Source: Tubiluchus corallicola (lineage: Eukaryota > Animalia > Priapulida). Taken from it: a stretch of DNA of 64,000 bases. The stretch is taken from assembly GCA_030141605.1 (NCBI GenBank), contig JAQGDQ010000183.1, positions 365,434 to 429,433 of the forward strand. Direction: 5' to 3'. Positions 12,775-25,704 of this stretch are shown here, one piece after another. The position numbers and the translations under genes were made by a program. The notes beneath the pieces were generated by a model. The model saw only the letters and a program-made list of their open reading frames with translations, had not been told where the DNA came from and made no database searches. How positions within the stretch are numbered: position 1 is the first letter of the stretch; each line of letters starts with the position of its first letter.

Positions 12775-14541
12775 CTTTTGACACACAAGAAATTATTGCA
12801 GGCCAACATGGCAATAAAGTTGGTCATTACTAATGTTTCATATTTTCAAAGTTATTCATTAAAGAAGTCAAGACTGCTGTCTCGACCGGATTACGAACTG
12901 CACAAATGACTATTTTAACCGTTTGCCGATTACGATAAACTTGGATACAAAGAAAATATTGATCAAACGAGAACCAAACAAACGTCACTAGTTAACCGAA
13001 GCTCAAATTCTGAGGTTTGAAAATGCAAACAATTTAGAAGGAATAATTTATTCAAATAAGAAAGCTTAAATAATAGGTAAAACAAAAGCCAAAACTGCTC
13101 AAAAATCAACACGAAAAGCCAGAGAAATTTACAAACGCAACGATAATACTAAATTTATGTTTACTCGCAAGGAAAATTCTACAGTAATCTAATTAGCAAC
13201 GTTGAGTTCGTGAAGAGGATCTCGAAGATTTCAGCATATGAAGAGCACCCGTATTGCTGTTTGCCAGGAGGCAATTCTTAACACATTTAACAATAAGAAC
13301 TCCATGCAGTGTCAAGCAGATGTTTAACATTTAGAACGGTTATTATTTGCAGTTTTACTTTTGTGATTAAAGGAACAATCCTTAAATTAGGATAATTCGA
13401 AACATTTATATTTGTACTTACGCTCTATGCGGTATGGCAGTATCATATGTAATTATTTTGTTGTTGTTATTTCAGCCTGATCATTGCTGCAATATCATAA
13501 ATAAACCACTTTGATTGATTCAGCAAAAACTTCCATAGTTATTTATCGTGAGCAGAAAACATTACTGCATACAAAAAACATGCTCTGTCTATAAATATCT
13601 CAAGAGCTGCTAACAACTGTAATGATTTCAGACAAGCTGTAAATTGTCCCGCTTTAATGCATTTAGAAACAGCGACTCAATGAGGTTAAACAATTTTCTC
13701 CAAATTATTTTCACGTCTGATCGTAGTCAATCAAGCATGTTATTTGTGGCAGCAAACAGGTGGTAGCATTTTTGTCAACTTTGATTGTGGCACATTTAAA
13801 ACATTAATTCTCTACTTTCACCATACAGTACATAAATATGAATGTTTGTACACATGCATGAAAGTATGAATATACAAAGTACAGGTGCCCGGAAAGTTTT
13901 GAAAAGTAATTAATGTTAATTTGTTTTGGTGAGCCAATACCTCGAAATTTTCACAACAGACGTGAGAATAGTTTATGATGTAGATAGTTAAAGCTCAAAG
14001 ATGGTACGGAAAGTGTTCAGATAACGTTGTCTGTTTCAAATACCCATTCAGCTTAATCTGTGTAGATCAGCGAGTCCACAGTGTGTTTAAGCAAGCAAAG
14101 AAGTATATAGAAGGGCAGTCTGACTCAGATGACGAGAAACCTTCTCAGCAAACAGACAGCCTTTAATAATTGAAAGTGATTTCAGCGAGTTTTAAGTAAA
14201 TATAATGGAGATTCGAGTTTGATGTTTCCGATCACGTGCGGCTAAAAACTTAGTGTCTGAACACATTTCAAGAGAAATTCTCGTGCTGCTTATGTTTAAA
14301 TTTTAGTGTGCGAAACGATGCATCATGCAGGTCAGTTGAAGCAGTTTCATTCATTTTCTCTCGGACAAATTAATCGTGTTTGAACTGTAAAACAGGTGTG
14401 ATAGTTTTTAGCTACGAATAATCATTTGCTCAGACAAATACCGCGCATTTGAACCAAGCTTTACACTTGCGAGTAAACATAAATTTGTCAGTCTTATCAC
14501 TGCAATCTTTGTACAACGACGATGAAGCAGCGCAGATGTTA

Positions 14542-14667
14542 TCACAATCTGCCATGTTTCAGCTTGTCGATGATGTTGCAGAGTTTCAGGGACGGGCCGA
14601 GTCTCAGACCCATGTACTTCATCATCATGTCAGAGTTGAGAAGCAGCAGAGCTTTACCATCAATCTC
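14542..14667 (-). CDS. Scm: Scm coding exon 13, SAM domain C-half and stop
   Basis: ctgcag|[41 protein letters not shown]; the 13 exons total 2304 nt = 767 aa plus stop. Confidence 0.97.
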   Translation of the reverse strand, partial: EIDGKALLLLNSDMMMKYMGLRLGPSLKLCNIIDKLKHGRL

Positions 14668-14746
14668 CTGCAGAAAAATTAACGATGAAATATATACCTA
14701 CACGTAATTAGATCATTATTAATTAATTAGTCTCATGTATGAGGAC

Positions 14747-15187
14747 CAGGGGCGGAAATAGGGGGGAGCGAGGGGGGCGTCCCCCCTGGCAAAATTTGCG
14801 CCCCTCCCTGCAAAATCGGACAAATAATTTTTTTTGCAGTGAAAATTGCAGTTCGCATGTAATCATTTTCAATACGAATTAGAATTAGGTAAAAAAATGT
14901 TTGGTAGCTTCAGTGTATTATTTTCTTAAAACTCGTGTGTGATAAATTTCTGTAAATAACAATTTAGTTAGAGGCACATTAATAACGTTAGGTTAACTGA
15001 GAGTTAATTTTCTCATTATTGCTCTGTCCGCTACGCCGTCCTACACACACGCTAATTATAGGCCTGCATGCAGTATAAAAGGGGTTAAAAATTGGCTTAA
15101 CCATTATTTAACCACTTCGGGTACCTCGCCCCCCCCCAGAAAATTTTTGCGCCCCCCCCCTGCTTGCCAGATCTAGTTCCGGCCCTG
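14747..15187. mobile_element. hAT-type MITE family C (CAGGGGCGGA TIR)
   Basis: 8-bp TSD atgaggac; G/C-run subterminal regions. Confidence 0.88.
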
Positions 15188-15825
15188 ATGAGGACTTACT
15201 AACAACTAAATGATACTTTTCAGCACGTCGTTTACACAAAAACACTCATTAAAACTTCAACGTTGGAAAAATCTGCACAAATGATCTAAAATCGTTGGTA
15301 TTTATTCGCACGGAGATGCGACATCACTAGTAATTTTCAAGTGATTCCGTTATTTTTGTCGTATAATATCATAATTAAATTTTTTTCCGCTGCCCAATAT
15401 AGTAATCAATTGTCTGTCATGAAACCAATGCAAATTTTTACATGTTTAAACTAACAAACTTTTGAAGAAAAAAGTAGTGCTGGTGTAACGTAATTAAGCC
15501 TGATCGTTTCAATCTTTTTTACAAGTGTTCACAATGCTAAAGTTGGTGTTGCTATGGTGACTGAACAATTTTACCCTGCCATCTAGGGGCGAATTTAAAA
15601 ACCAACGCAAGCGTGTAATTAAACTACTTGCAGTTGTATGTAATAGTGACTGATTTCTGGTGCTTTTAATGCTCCGTCTTTACTAAAGACGTTACGAAAC
15701 GCCAATATCAAACGCTTTTTACTAAGCGAATGCATGAATTTTGAATAATTCTAAGTGCAATGAGCTACAAAATCGCACCAATTACATGCTGAAAGTGGCA
15801 CAGGAAAACGGAATGAATTACATAC

Positions 15826-15974
15826 ATGCTTTCTAAAGAGTTCAACGTGGTGTGCAATGGATGGATCTTTTGCCTGGACGTACTGCATAACGTCCTCTAT
15901 TGTCCAATCAGAAGGATCGTCCGAACGTTTCACAATGGTTCGGTTTTGATCGCTAGTGGTTGTGGAACTGGCGG
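15826..15974 (-). CDS. Scm: Scm coding exon 12, SAM domain N-half
   Basis: AASSTTTSDQNRTIVKRSDDPSDWTIEDVMQYVQAKDPSIAHHVELFRKH|gtatg. Confidence 0.95.
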
Positions 15975-16099
15975 CTGAAAAATAAAACGAATTAATTTTG
16001 TCATTCCAAATGAGCGCCAACGTCGTGTGTGGACGTTTGATGTAAAACAAAAACCCTGAAAAATTTTGCATGTAAATACACTCATAATCAAAAATGTGC

Positions 16100-16555
16100 A
16101 AACATCCTACATAGTCCTCATTTATAATGCAAAGCCAGTAGCAGCTTTTACTGAATTAAAGTTATAGACAGAGCATAATGGTTGACGTCAGAACAATGGC
16201 TTTGCGTCAGTAGTTTTCCAAGCGAAAATTGCCGAAAATAGAACATGTAATTAACTCGTCGGTACTCCTCTCGGTGGACCTGCCCTAAAATATAACCTAT
16301 ATCATCGTCTAGCCCTTTCCTTCCTCTTTGTAAAGAGCTGTATATCTCCTTCCAAGAGTCCCACCAGGCGCCGCTGGAACGTTTTTTCCGCAGGCTGTTT
16401 GGTCAAAATTTCGAAAAAATCGCGAGTTGGGTCCGGGAAAACGCCCGCTACGGGACGCCGTGGCCCTCTCACAAATTCTAAATATGACTATGACACCCAC
16501 CGCTGAACAGGCTATCTATCCATGGCTAGTACCACCCCCAACCCGTTCCCGTTAA
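16100..16555. mobile_element. Unclassified dispersed repeat, partial copy
   Basis: Aligns with 26610-27155. Confidence 0.75.
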
Positions 16556-16914
16556 ATTTCATTTATATACTAGGCTATTAGACAAGACAATTTAGGCCAT
16601 TAGTAAGCGAAAAATATTTTTTGTTTAGGATTTTATCAAGTTTATGTTTCGTGTGTCTGCTTGTTTAAAATTACAATTACAACATTAAAACTACATACGT
16701 TTGTTTTGTTTTATGCAGTATTAAAACAAAGGCTAAAAATTTTCCGAAGCAGCACTCGCTACTTCAGCTATGAGGCGCCACTGGTGCATCGTATCATAAG
16801 GTCAGTGTCGTGACATGTACTGTATCATAAAGTGTATCGTTACAGGCCTAGCTAGCACCCACTTAAACAAAGACATGGCTATTTATTTCAACAATAATGT
16901 TGGCGTGTTGATAT

Positions 16915-17434
16915 CAGGGATGAGAATGACAAATTGCAAAAAACTCTGAAACAGGCCGGGGGTTTTGGGGCCGCCTAGGCCCCTAATGGGGTTGAGGGGC
17001 AAAGCCCCATGGGGGTTCAAGGGGGCGAAGCAACAAATAACAATTTTGTGACCTCTAAGTGGACTTGAAAATCAATTACCTTGTTTCATGCATAATTTAA
17101 AATACCCAACTGTCAAGGATACATGATGCCTAATTGTCTCAAAAACGCCTAAGTACTGGCCACTCCTATGCAAAAGTATATAAAAACTGTCTGCAATTGA
17201 CTCAAATAACTCTGCACAATTGATTCTATATTTTTATACATTGAGATATACACGTGGTTACACTGATGTACGTGATGTAAACAAAATGACCCTGCCACCT
17301 AGCGGTCAGTTTGTGAAATAATGTACTGGGTCCGTAAAAATTTTCTCAACGAATTTACGCAATTTACAAAAATGGCGCGACTGGTCTTCCAAAAACTCGG
17401 AATTCCGCGTGTCCGCGAAAAATTCTCATCGCTG
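16915..17434 (+). mobile_element. hAT MITE family D (CAGGGATGAGAAT TIR)
   Basis: TSD gttgatat/gttgacat; copy at 42522; end fragment at 2016-2100. Confidence 0.9.
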
Positions 17435-17668
17435 GTTGACATGTTGAATTCAACAACCATGTCTTTGTTTAAGCAGGTGTTACTTTTATCTTAAGAATTT
17501 AACATCACCAATGAGCTAAAGGTACCCCCCCCCCATTTTCTAACAGGTATTTAGAACAATCGCAAACTCTCACTCGCAAAACAAAAGCACAGTCGTAACG
17601 ACAAAGATTCGCCCTAGCAGTCAAACGGTGCTCTTAATGAACACTATAAAACTCAAGGCAGTGCGCAC

Positions 17669-17812
17669 CTTCAAATTCGGGAGTTCTGCGATGCAACCTA
17701 GCCTGCTTGGGAGTGGCTCCTGTCGGTGCACGCCCATCTGAAGAATCGGTCGACCAACGCCGCTTCGTGTGCGTCTGATGCGAAGACGATTCCTCGGAGT
17801 TCACCGGCGAAG
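17669..17812 (-). CDS. Scm: Scm coding exon 11, low-complexity linker
   Basis: tttcag|CT...GAAG|gtgcg; open frame ASPVNSEESSSHQTHTKRRWSTDSS...TPEFE; phase 1/1; GC-rich island in an AT-rich intron. Confidence 0.75.
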
Positions 17813-18158
17813 CTGAAACGTTTTGACAGCCATTTACAAACAGCTAATGTAAAATGCTTAATGTCTGAAGACAAAAAAATGATTGAACGTTTTATTCTTG
17901 CTCTTCCTACCTAAAGCAAAACCAGACCCAATCTTAAACTGTAGGTGAAAAACAATCTACTCTTTAAAATATTAAAAGGAAACATACTATACAACCAGTT
18001 TATATAAGCACAACCTAGTATGTACTAATTAAGTAGTTAACAGCTGGGCTTATTTATAAAATAAAGTTCATCTGTCTACCCTAATAATGGGTGTAATACC
18101 CTAATAACGTAGCAGTTCAATTCCTTTAACTTTATTTTCAAGCACTTGGCTATTTGAT

Positions 18159-19850
18159 ACTGTATCAATTTCTTTACTTTAGGTCTGTTTATTCATTACC
18201 TATTTGACTTTTGTAAATACATAATTAGTGCTTAAGTTACTGTATCAATTTCTTTACTGGTCTGTTTATTCATTACCTATTTGACTTTTGCAAATACATA
18301 ATTAGTGCTTAAGAAACTGTATCAATTTCTTTACTAGTCTGTTTATTCATTACCTATTTGGCTTTTGTAAATACATAATTAGTGCTTAAGTTACTGTATC
18401 AATTTCTTTACTAGTCTGTTTATTCATTACCTATTTGGCTTTTGTAAATACATAATTAGTGCATAAGTTACTGTATCAATTTCTTTACTAGTCTGTTTAT
18501 TCATTACCTATTTGGCTTTTGTAAATACATAATTAGTGCATAAGTTACTGTATCAATTTCTTTACTGGTCTGTTTATTCATTACCTATTTGGCTTTTGTA
18601 AATACATAATTAGTGCATAAGTTACTGTATCAATTTCTTTACTGGTCTGTTTATTCATTACCTATTTGGCTTTTGTAAATACATAATTAGTGCATAAGTT
18701 ACTGTATCAATTTCTTTACTGGTCTGTTTATTCATTACCTATTTGGCTTTTGTAAATACATAATTAGTGCATAAGTTACTGTATCAATTTCTTTACTGGT
18801 CTGTTTATTCATTACCTACTTGACTTTTGTAAATACATAATTAGTGCATAAGTTACTGTATCAATTTCTTTACTGGTCTGCTTATTCATTACCTACTTGA
18901 CTTTTGCAAATACATAATTAGTGCTTAAGTTACTGTATCAATTTCTTTACTAGTCTGTTTATTCATTACCTATTTGACTTTTGCAAATACATAATTAGTG
19001 CTTAAGTTACTGCATCAATTTCTTTACTAGTCTGTTTATTCATTACCTATTTGGTTTTTGTAAATACATAATTAGTGCAAAATTTACTGCATCAATTTCT
19101 TTACTAGTCTGTTTATTCATCACCTATTTGGTTTTTGTAAATACATAATTAGTGCTTAAGTTACTGTATCAATTTCTTTACTAGTCTGTTTATTCATTAC
19201 CTATTTGGTTTTTGTAAATACATAATTAGTGCATAAGTTACTGTATCAATTTCTTTACTGGTCTGCTTATTCATTACCTATTTGGTTTTTGTAAATACAT
19301 AATTAGTGCTTAAGTTACGGTATCAATTTCTTTACTGGTCTGCTTATTCATTACCTATTTGGCTTTTGTAAATACATAATTAGTGCATAATTTACTGTAT
19401 CAATTTCTTTACTGGTCTGTTTATTCATTACCTATTTGGTTTTTGTAAATACATAATTAGTGCATAATTTACTGTATCAATCTCTTTACTGGTCTGCTTA
19501 ATCATTACCTATTTGGCTTTTGTAAATACATAATTAGTGCTTAAGTTACTGTATCAATTTCTTTACTAGTCTGTTTATTCATTACCTATTTGGCTTTTGC
19601 AAATACATAATTAGTGCTTAAGTTACTGTATCAATTTCTTTACTAGTCTGTTTATTCATTACCTATTTGGTTTTTGTAAATACATAATTAGTGCTTAAGT
19701 TACTGCATCAATTTCTTTACTAGTCTGTTTATTCATTACCTACTTGACTTTTGTAAATACATAATTAGTGCAAAATTTACTGCATCAATTTCTTTACTAG
19801 TCTGTTTATTCGTTACCTATTTGGTTTCTGTTAATTACTTAATTAGTGCA
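18159..19850. repeat. 77-bp minisatellite, about 22 copies
   Basis: Unit actgtatcaatttctttactggtctgtttattcattacctatttggcttttgtaaatacataattagtgcttaagtt. Confidence 0.97.
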
Positions 19851-19894
19851 TGACAGGCTCTGCCTATATAAACTGGCTGTACGTTTGTAAATTT

Positions 19895-19940
19895 ACCACT
19901 GATGATGACAGCAGCAGCAGCTAGTCGAAACGTTTTCATG
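19895..19940 (+). ncRNA. Minimal type I hammerhead ribozyme-like motif (possibly decayed)
   Basis: CUGAUGA(U)-GACAGC-loop-GCU(A)GUC-GAAA-CGUU; stem I is not convincingly paired. Confidence 0.5.
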
Positions 19941-20131
19941 ATTTTTTAATTTTTTTCAAGTTTTAATTTTTTAATGTAAACGTTTTTAATAAAATTGCGT
20001 TGTTTTTAACCAATAAAAAGTCTCAATTGCTTTGATAAAAGTATTGTTTCATAGTCGGAGTAGAATACATATTTTCTTTACATATATGAAAACTAGGTAA
20101 AAAGATAGCCTTCTTCACTAATAACTAAATA

Positions 20132-20652
20132 CAGTCATACCTCTGTTTTCGACCAAAAAAGTTCCTAATTCGTTCCTAAAGTGTTTGAAAATGGATTTGG
20201 TTGAGAACCGAATCATTTATTCCCATAAGAGATAATGCAAAAGCAAATAATCCGTTCTCAAGCACCAAATGAACTGTAAAGTATTACTAAAATGAAATAT
20301 GATAATGCAAAAATTCTTATTCAAACAGTAGATGTGATATAATTGATAAGAAAAACAATAGAATTCCTTAGAAAGAAAAACATAATTATTCCTGCATGAA
20401 AAAACCTTACGTGTTGGTAGCAGTGTGATGGTATACGTAAGCAAGAGCAGAAACACGTGTGTGACTACTCTCGGGCGCGGTCGGTTACGCTCGGCTCTAC
20501 TCGGCTCGCCGCGCATGTGTTCATCGCGTGTTTGGCAGCTGGTCGAGTACCGAAATTCTGGTCGAGAATGCAGACAATTTCAGCTCGAATTTTCCGGGCC
20601 AAAAACCCGATTTGTACGAATACGGAGACGTTTGACAACGGAGGTATGACTG
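20132..20652. mobile_element. Tc1/mariner (pogo/Tigger-like) MITE
   Basis: TA|CAGTCATACCTC...GAGGTATGACTG|TA. Confidence 0.9.
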
Positions 20653-20744
20653 TATTCAAACAGTGGCACAAAATTACAACAAACACGGGGGCAGGAAAAC
20701 ATCTCTTTCCTACAGCACAAGTAGCAAGCAAAACACAAAGATAC

Positions 20745-20915
20745 CTTTTGCACTTTGTTTGGTGCACTTGGTGCATGCGCCGCCTATTGGCTGACTTGAG
20801 AACAAATTCTCGCAGCTCAGTAAATCCTCAAGAAAGGACTCCAAGTAACTCCAAAATGAGCTGACCTTGTCAATAATCGGGAGCCGGGCTGTATGGGCTT
20901 TTTCATCAAAGTGCC
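20745..20915 (-). CDS. Scm: Scm coding exon 10, SLED domain C-half
   Basis: GHFDEKAHTARLPIIDKVSSFWSYLESFLEDLLSCENLFSSQPIGGACTKCTKQSAK. Confidence 0.9.
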
Positions 20916-20984
20916 CTAAAAAAATACGATTTTCCACACATGAAAAATTAAATATTAAATCTACATTGCAATCTTTTGCTTCCA

Positions 20985-21208
20985 AAGTCTCATTCCATCA
21001 ATTGTAGTCATTGAAGCATCAACATTAATTAGAGTATTCCACCCACTCCTATCTGCAGCTAACAGCGCAAGTTCTTCTACTCCTAAAGATAGATTTGGTT
21101 GAAGTTGTTGAACATCTTTATTTATCATAGTTATCCAAGTTGTTTTTGGTTTGCAAGATTTCAAGGCTTCCTTTAGGCTTCTTCCATTCTTTTAATGTAG
21201 TACTAAAC
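20985..21208 (-). mobile_element. RTE-clade LINE 3' fragment, family 1
   Basis: KPKTTWITMINKD...LAADRSGW C-terminal motif; relatives at 35258-35480 and 48575-48830. Confidence 0.75.
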
Positions 21209-21830
21209 ATCATCATCATCATCATCATCATCATCACCATCACCATCATCATCATCATCATTATCTTCAGCATCATAATCATTATCATCATCATTATCAC
21301 CATCATCATCATCATCATCACCACCACCACCACCACCACCATCATCATCATCATGCAATGAATCACATGTCCAGTGACATGATTCTGCTCACCTCCCTAT
21401 GCCAGGACTCCCTACTCGCTGCAATGCCCCAAGTGCATTTATCTCTAACAAAAGTCATCATCATCCAATGAATCACACGTCCGGGGACATGATTCTGCTC
21501 ACCTCTCTATGCCAGGACTCCCCTACTCACTGCAATGCCCCAAGTGGATTTATTTCTAAGGATCAATGCTGAAGTGTTTAAATCTTTCTGTGCAAAATCT
21601 AAATATGTTAACATTTGTCCTCCTGCAGGTTTTTTAGCTGGTTCTATGGCTTGTTGAAGAGCTATCTTCACTGGAACGTCATCAGGTAGTCTAAGGATAT
21701 GCCCAATCCATCTTAAACGGTGTCTTTTTATTTTTCTTGTCCAAGGTTCTTCTTTTATTTTTTCATATAGATCTTTGTTTGAAATTTTCTTTTGCCATCT
21801 AATTTTTTTGTTTTGTAGTACTAAACAATG
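21209..21830 (-). mobile_element. RTE-clade LINE 3' fragment, family 2, with duplicated 3' end and (GAT)n tail
   Basis: IRWQKKISNKDLYEK...RRLRWIGHILRL-like motif (RHRLRWIGHILRL); the 3' segment is repeated at about 21357 and 21467. Confidence 0.82.
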
Positions 21831-21875
21831 CATAATTAGCAATATGGCAGCTCTTATTTTTACCCGATCCCGTAC

Positions 21876-22076
21876 CTGTTACAATCACTTTTCCGCCTCC
21901 CTGCCGAATGAAATTAAACACGCTCTTCTCCTGGAATGCGCAGTCGAGCAAGGATTGTACCGACTCGCGCAGCACTCGTGTTAGAGATCCCGGACCAAAC
22001 TGAGACGGCAACTGAGCTACCTTTCTCGGACTGAGGTACGGCCCGCAGGTGCACGTGGAGTTCACATAAACGCACA
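21876..22076 (-). CDS. Scm: Scm coding exon 9, SLED domain N-half
   Basis: VCVYVNSTCTCGPYLSPRKVAQLPSQFGPGSLTRVLRESVQSLLDCAFQEKSVF...KVIVT. Confidence 0.93.
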
Positions 22077-22218
22077 CTGAAAATAAGTAATAGACATTTG
22101 TATAAATGCGTGGAGGATAACGGATTAATATGGTCAGAAAATCTAGCTGCTTCAGCAATAAAATTTCACTTAACTCATCTCTCTTAGATTTAGATTCATT
22201 TATTTATCCATGCAAGTA

Positions 22219-22714
22219 CTGTGTTCCCTCACTTATCACGGGTGTCCCGTTCCAGACCCGCCCGCGATAAGTGAACTTCCGCGAAGTAGGGACGCTATAC
22301 TTATTTTAGTAGTTATCGTGTATCGTGTGTTGTGTACAATTTCAGGTCGGCAAGTAGCATCTCAAGCGGGCGCAGGTACCACATTTCGTTTTTGGTGTGT
22401 ATTCATCCGCCGAATAAAAACACTATTTACTGTAAATGGCAATTTTTTATGATTTATAATATTCTTTTAATGCTAGAATTAATATTTTTAATATATTTTT
22501 ATACATTTTGTGATTTTTTTAAGCAAAATTCATCAAATCTATACATTACTGTACAATACGTACTAGGCATGTGCAGAAATACTTTAGACGGAGTACCGCA
22601 AAAACCCGCGAAACAGCGAAAATACCGCGATAAATATTTTACATTAATATTTTTGAAAACCCGCGAAACAGCGAGTCCACGATAAACGAACCGCGAAGTA
22701 GCGAGGGAACACTG
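22219..22714 (-). mobile_element. Tc1/pogo-like MITE (CAGTGTTCCCTC TIR)
   Basis: TA TSD; opposite-orientation copy at 36342-36952. Confidence 0.9.
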
Positions 22715-23000
22715 TATACCCAATTACAGAACTGACAATGCATTTCAGTGTTATGAGCATAGTGGAAGAAATTAACATATAAGCTACGCTCAACATGGAT
22801 AAGCCTAAATTATTAAAACAGACAAAGAATAAATACTGATAGATGAAGTAAAGCAAATGCAGTCGGGGGAGGTAAATGACGATGTCGACGATGATGGAAG
22901 TGATGGTGATATTAATGTTGATGATAATGGTTGTGATGATGTGATCATAGTTGGTAGATTTAAACAAAAAATGAGGCAACAGTGGCCGCCATAATATAAA

Positions 23001-23400
23001 TTCTATGGTCAGTTGTTTGATAAACAATGGGTGCTATGTTCTAATACAAATTCTATTGTCAGTTGTTTGATAAACAATGGGTGCCATGTTCTAATACAAA
23101 TTCTATTGTCAGTTGTTTGATAAACAATGGGTTCCATGTTCTAATACAAATTCTGTTGTCAGTTGTTTGATAAACAATGGGTGCCATGTTCTAATACAAA
23201 TTCTATTGTCAGTTGTTTGATAAACAATGGGTGCTATGTTCTAATACAAATTCTATGATCTGTTGTATGGCAAACAATGGGTCCCATGTTCTACCACAAA
23301 TTCTATGGTCAGTTATATGGCATACAATGGGTGCCATGTTCTACCACAAATTCTATGGTCAGTTATATGGCAAACAATGGGTCCCATGTTCTAGTACAAA
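23001..23400. repeat. 50-bp minisatellite, 8 copies
   Basis: Unit ttctattgtcagttgtttgataaacaatgggtgccatgttctaatacaaa. Confidence 0.93.
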
Positions 23401-23550
23401 TTGCACATTCAAATTTTTGGAAAAACCAGATCCTGAGTAACATACTTTTGAAATATTGTTCGACGTACAGGCTAGCAATGTCTCTCTGCGCATATGTGAC
23501 ACTTATAATCTATGGGCTTTGACATATTTAAAAATCAAGACAAATTATAC

Positions 23551-24122
23551 CTGAGATATTCTGCTTTGTCTGTGAGCTAGTATCAGGCTCCGTCACAGTC
23601 GTATTTGGCGAATTATGATCTCCACTGCAGCGGCGATTGTTAGGCGTACGTGTGAGACTAAAACTGGTCGTCGACGGTTTCGACTGTAGACTGCTACTCG
23701 AGAATGATCTCACCGGTAAGTTGAGACTTTGCGACGTCGCGGGTGACCTCGGCTGAAAGCTAGATGGCTTCAGTAAGCTGTCGGAACTCATGGACATCTT
23801 TGGAGTCACGGAAGGAGAACGACCCAGGTGTTCGCTGGTGTGGGCCTGCTTTATCGCCGTAGGAGGAGACTTGAGAGGCAGTTTACCTGCGAGCGATGCC
23901 GGAGGCTTGATGTCTGGAGACGTGCAAGATTTCAGCGATCCCATGGGTGGGCTCGTTTGCACCTGAATGCTCATTTGCGAAGGCGGTTGAGCAGCCGATG
24001 CAGGCTGCGGCGGCATCGGAGGAGGGATGCTGATAGTTCGTTTGATCTTGGATACGCCCTTCTGCCCGGGAGGCTGCAAGTAATGTCCACTCGCGGCACA
24101 CCAACCAACAGGGAATATATCC
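23551..24122 (-). CDS. Scm: Scm coding exon 8, end of MBT2 plus Ser/Pro-rich linker
   Basis: RDIFPVGWCAASGHYLQPPGQK...TTVTEPDTSSQTKQNIS; phase 2/1 is consistent. Confidence 0.95.
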
Positions 24123-24757
24123 CTGCACAAAGTTAAAACACAAAATGTTTATTTTTAAATAGAGACAATTATTGTAATAAAAAACTAAGCAAAGTCATAG
24201 CACCTCCCGACATACGTCATATTTGTTTCATATTGAAATCAATTAAAGAAAGATAGTAAGTTCATAATAAACGAACAAGAAGATTCTGTATTATCCTAAT
24301 ATATGGAAAAGTGTATCACCATTAAGAGTAAGAATTCATATGCAGTTTATATACATGACAGTATTGAGAGATTTGAAATTTGGGAAAAAGCCAGAAATGC
24401 AACTTACTGTGCCTAACTACAAATTTCTACTCCTGTATGAAAATGCAAAAAGAAACATCCCAAACTCTCATATTCATATCTTCTAGAGAGCATTCTAGAA
24501 TCATGCTAGAACATTCTAGAACTTAATTTCTTAAGCTCAAGAGTTTTCAATCTGGAGCATTAGAAAACTGAACTTTAAAATTCAACAAAAATTTTAGGAG
24601 AATCCGCAACTTTGATCAACTAAACCACTGGTTTATTTTTCATAACATTATTTTTAGACTTTCCTTTCTTTGAAATAGACCAATTATTAACAGCAGTGCG
24701 GAGGTGTGTGGGCACACTTTTACTGCCCATTGTCAATTAAATCTTTATAGCTTAGAT

Positions 24758-25196
24758 CAGGGGTGCGCAAATTGCGGCCCGCGGGCCACTTGCGGCCCAG
24801 GTGATTGAGTGTATCCAGCCGAAATCCGTGCCACGATCCCAAAGATAGTGTGGGTAGTTTTTTCTACTAGATCGGATGCCATTAACCCTTACAAGACGGT
24901 TGTAGCTTAATGTCACTGTACTACACAGACTGTGTGATACACATTACTAATATGCATTGTAATGAAATTACCACTATCTGTCCTGAAAGTAGAAATATAT
25001 GGTTTGTAATATAAATTTTAATAACTTCTAAAATAGTTTCTTGAGTGTAGTAGTAATGATGTACGCAGATCGTATGAAAAAAAAATCGTTATTAGGCCTT
25101 TCTGCACTTTTCTCCTTGATCAAACTGCCTGTGGCCCGCAGGAATTGCGGGAAAGTTTAATGTGGCCCGGCTAGTCAGATAATTTGCACACCCCTG
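24758..25196 (-). mobile_element. hAT MITE family A
   Basis: Reverse orientation; TSD gcttagat/gcttagac. Confidence 0.92.
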
Positions 25197-25242
25197 GCTT
25201 AGACAGTTGTGGTACAGAGAAATATAAGAAATGCCAAATTTA

Positions 25243-25422
<180 letters not shown>

Positions 25423-25704
25423 CTATCAACATGAAATTGCAAATTATAACATCGTTACGATGTGACCAAAAACCAATTGATTCATTCTTTCTAATAACAG
25501 CGCACAAGTCTATAATTTTTACACCACCAAAACAGCAACAACTCACACACACTGAAATAAACCGAAACAGCGACACTGTCATAGACGTATCATGGCAATC
25601 ATGTCACAACCATCACAACAGTTAACAACATCTAGGGTCTATGATGCAAGCAGGAAACAAACCATTGAATATATTATGCATCTCTTTGTTAGGATTTACT
25701 AAGA

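Larger units (their letters stand above)
17990..20030 (+). mobile_element. Penelope-like non-autonomous remnant with inverted partial pLTR and hammerhead motif
   Basis: 17990-18043 is an inverted copy (45/54) of 19828-19881; TATATAAA, then CTGATGA..stem..GAAACGT, then AATAAA. Confidence 0.55.
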
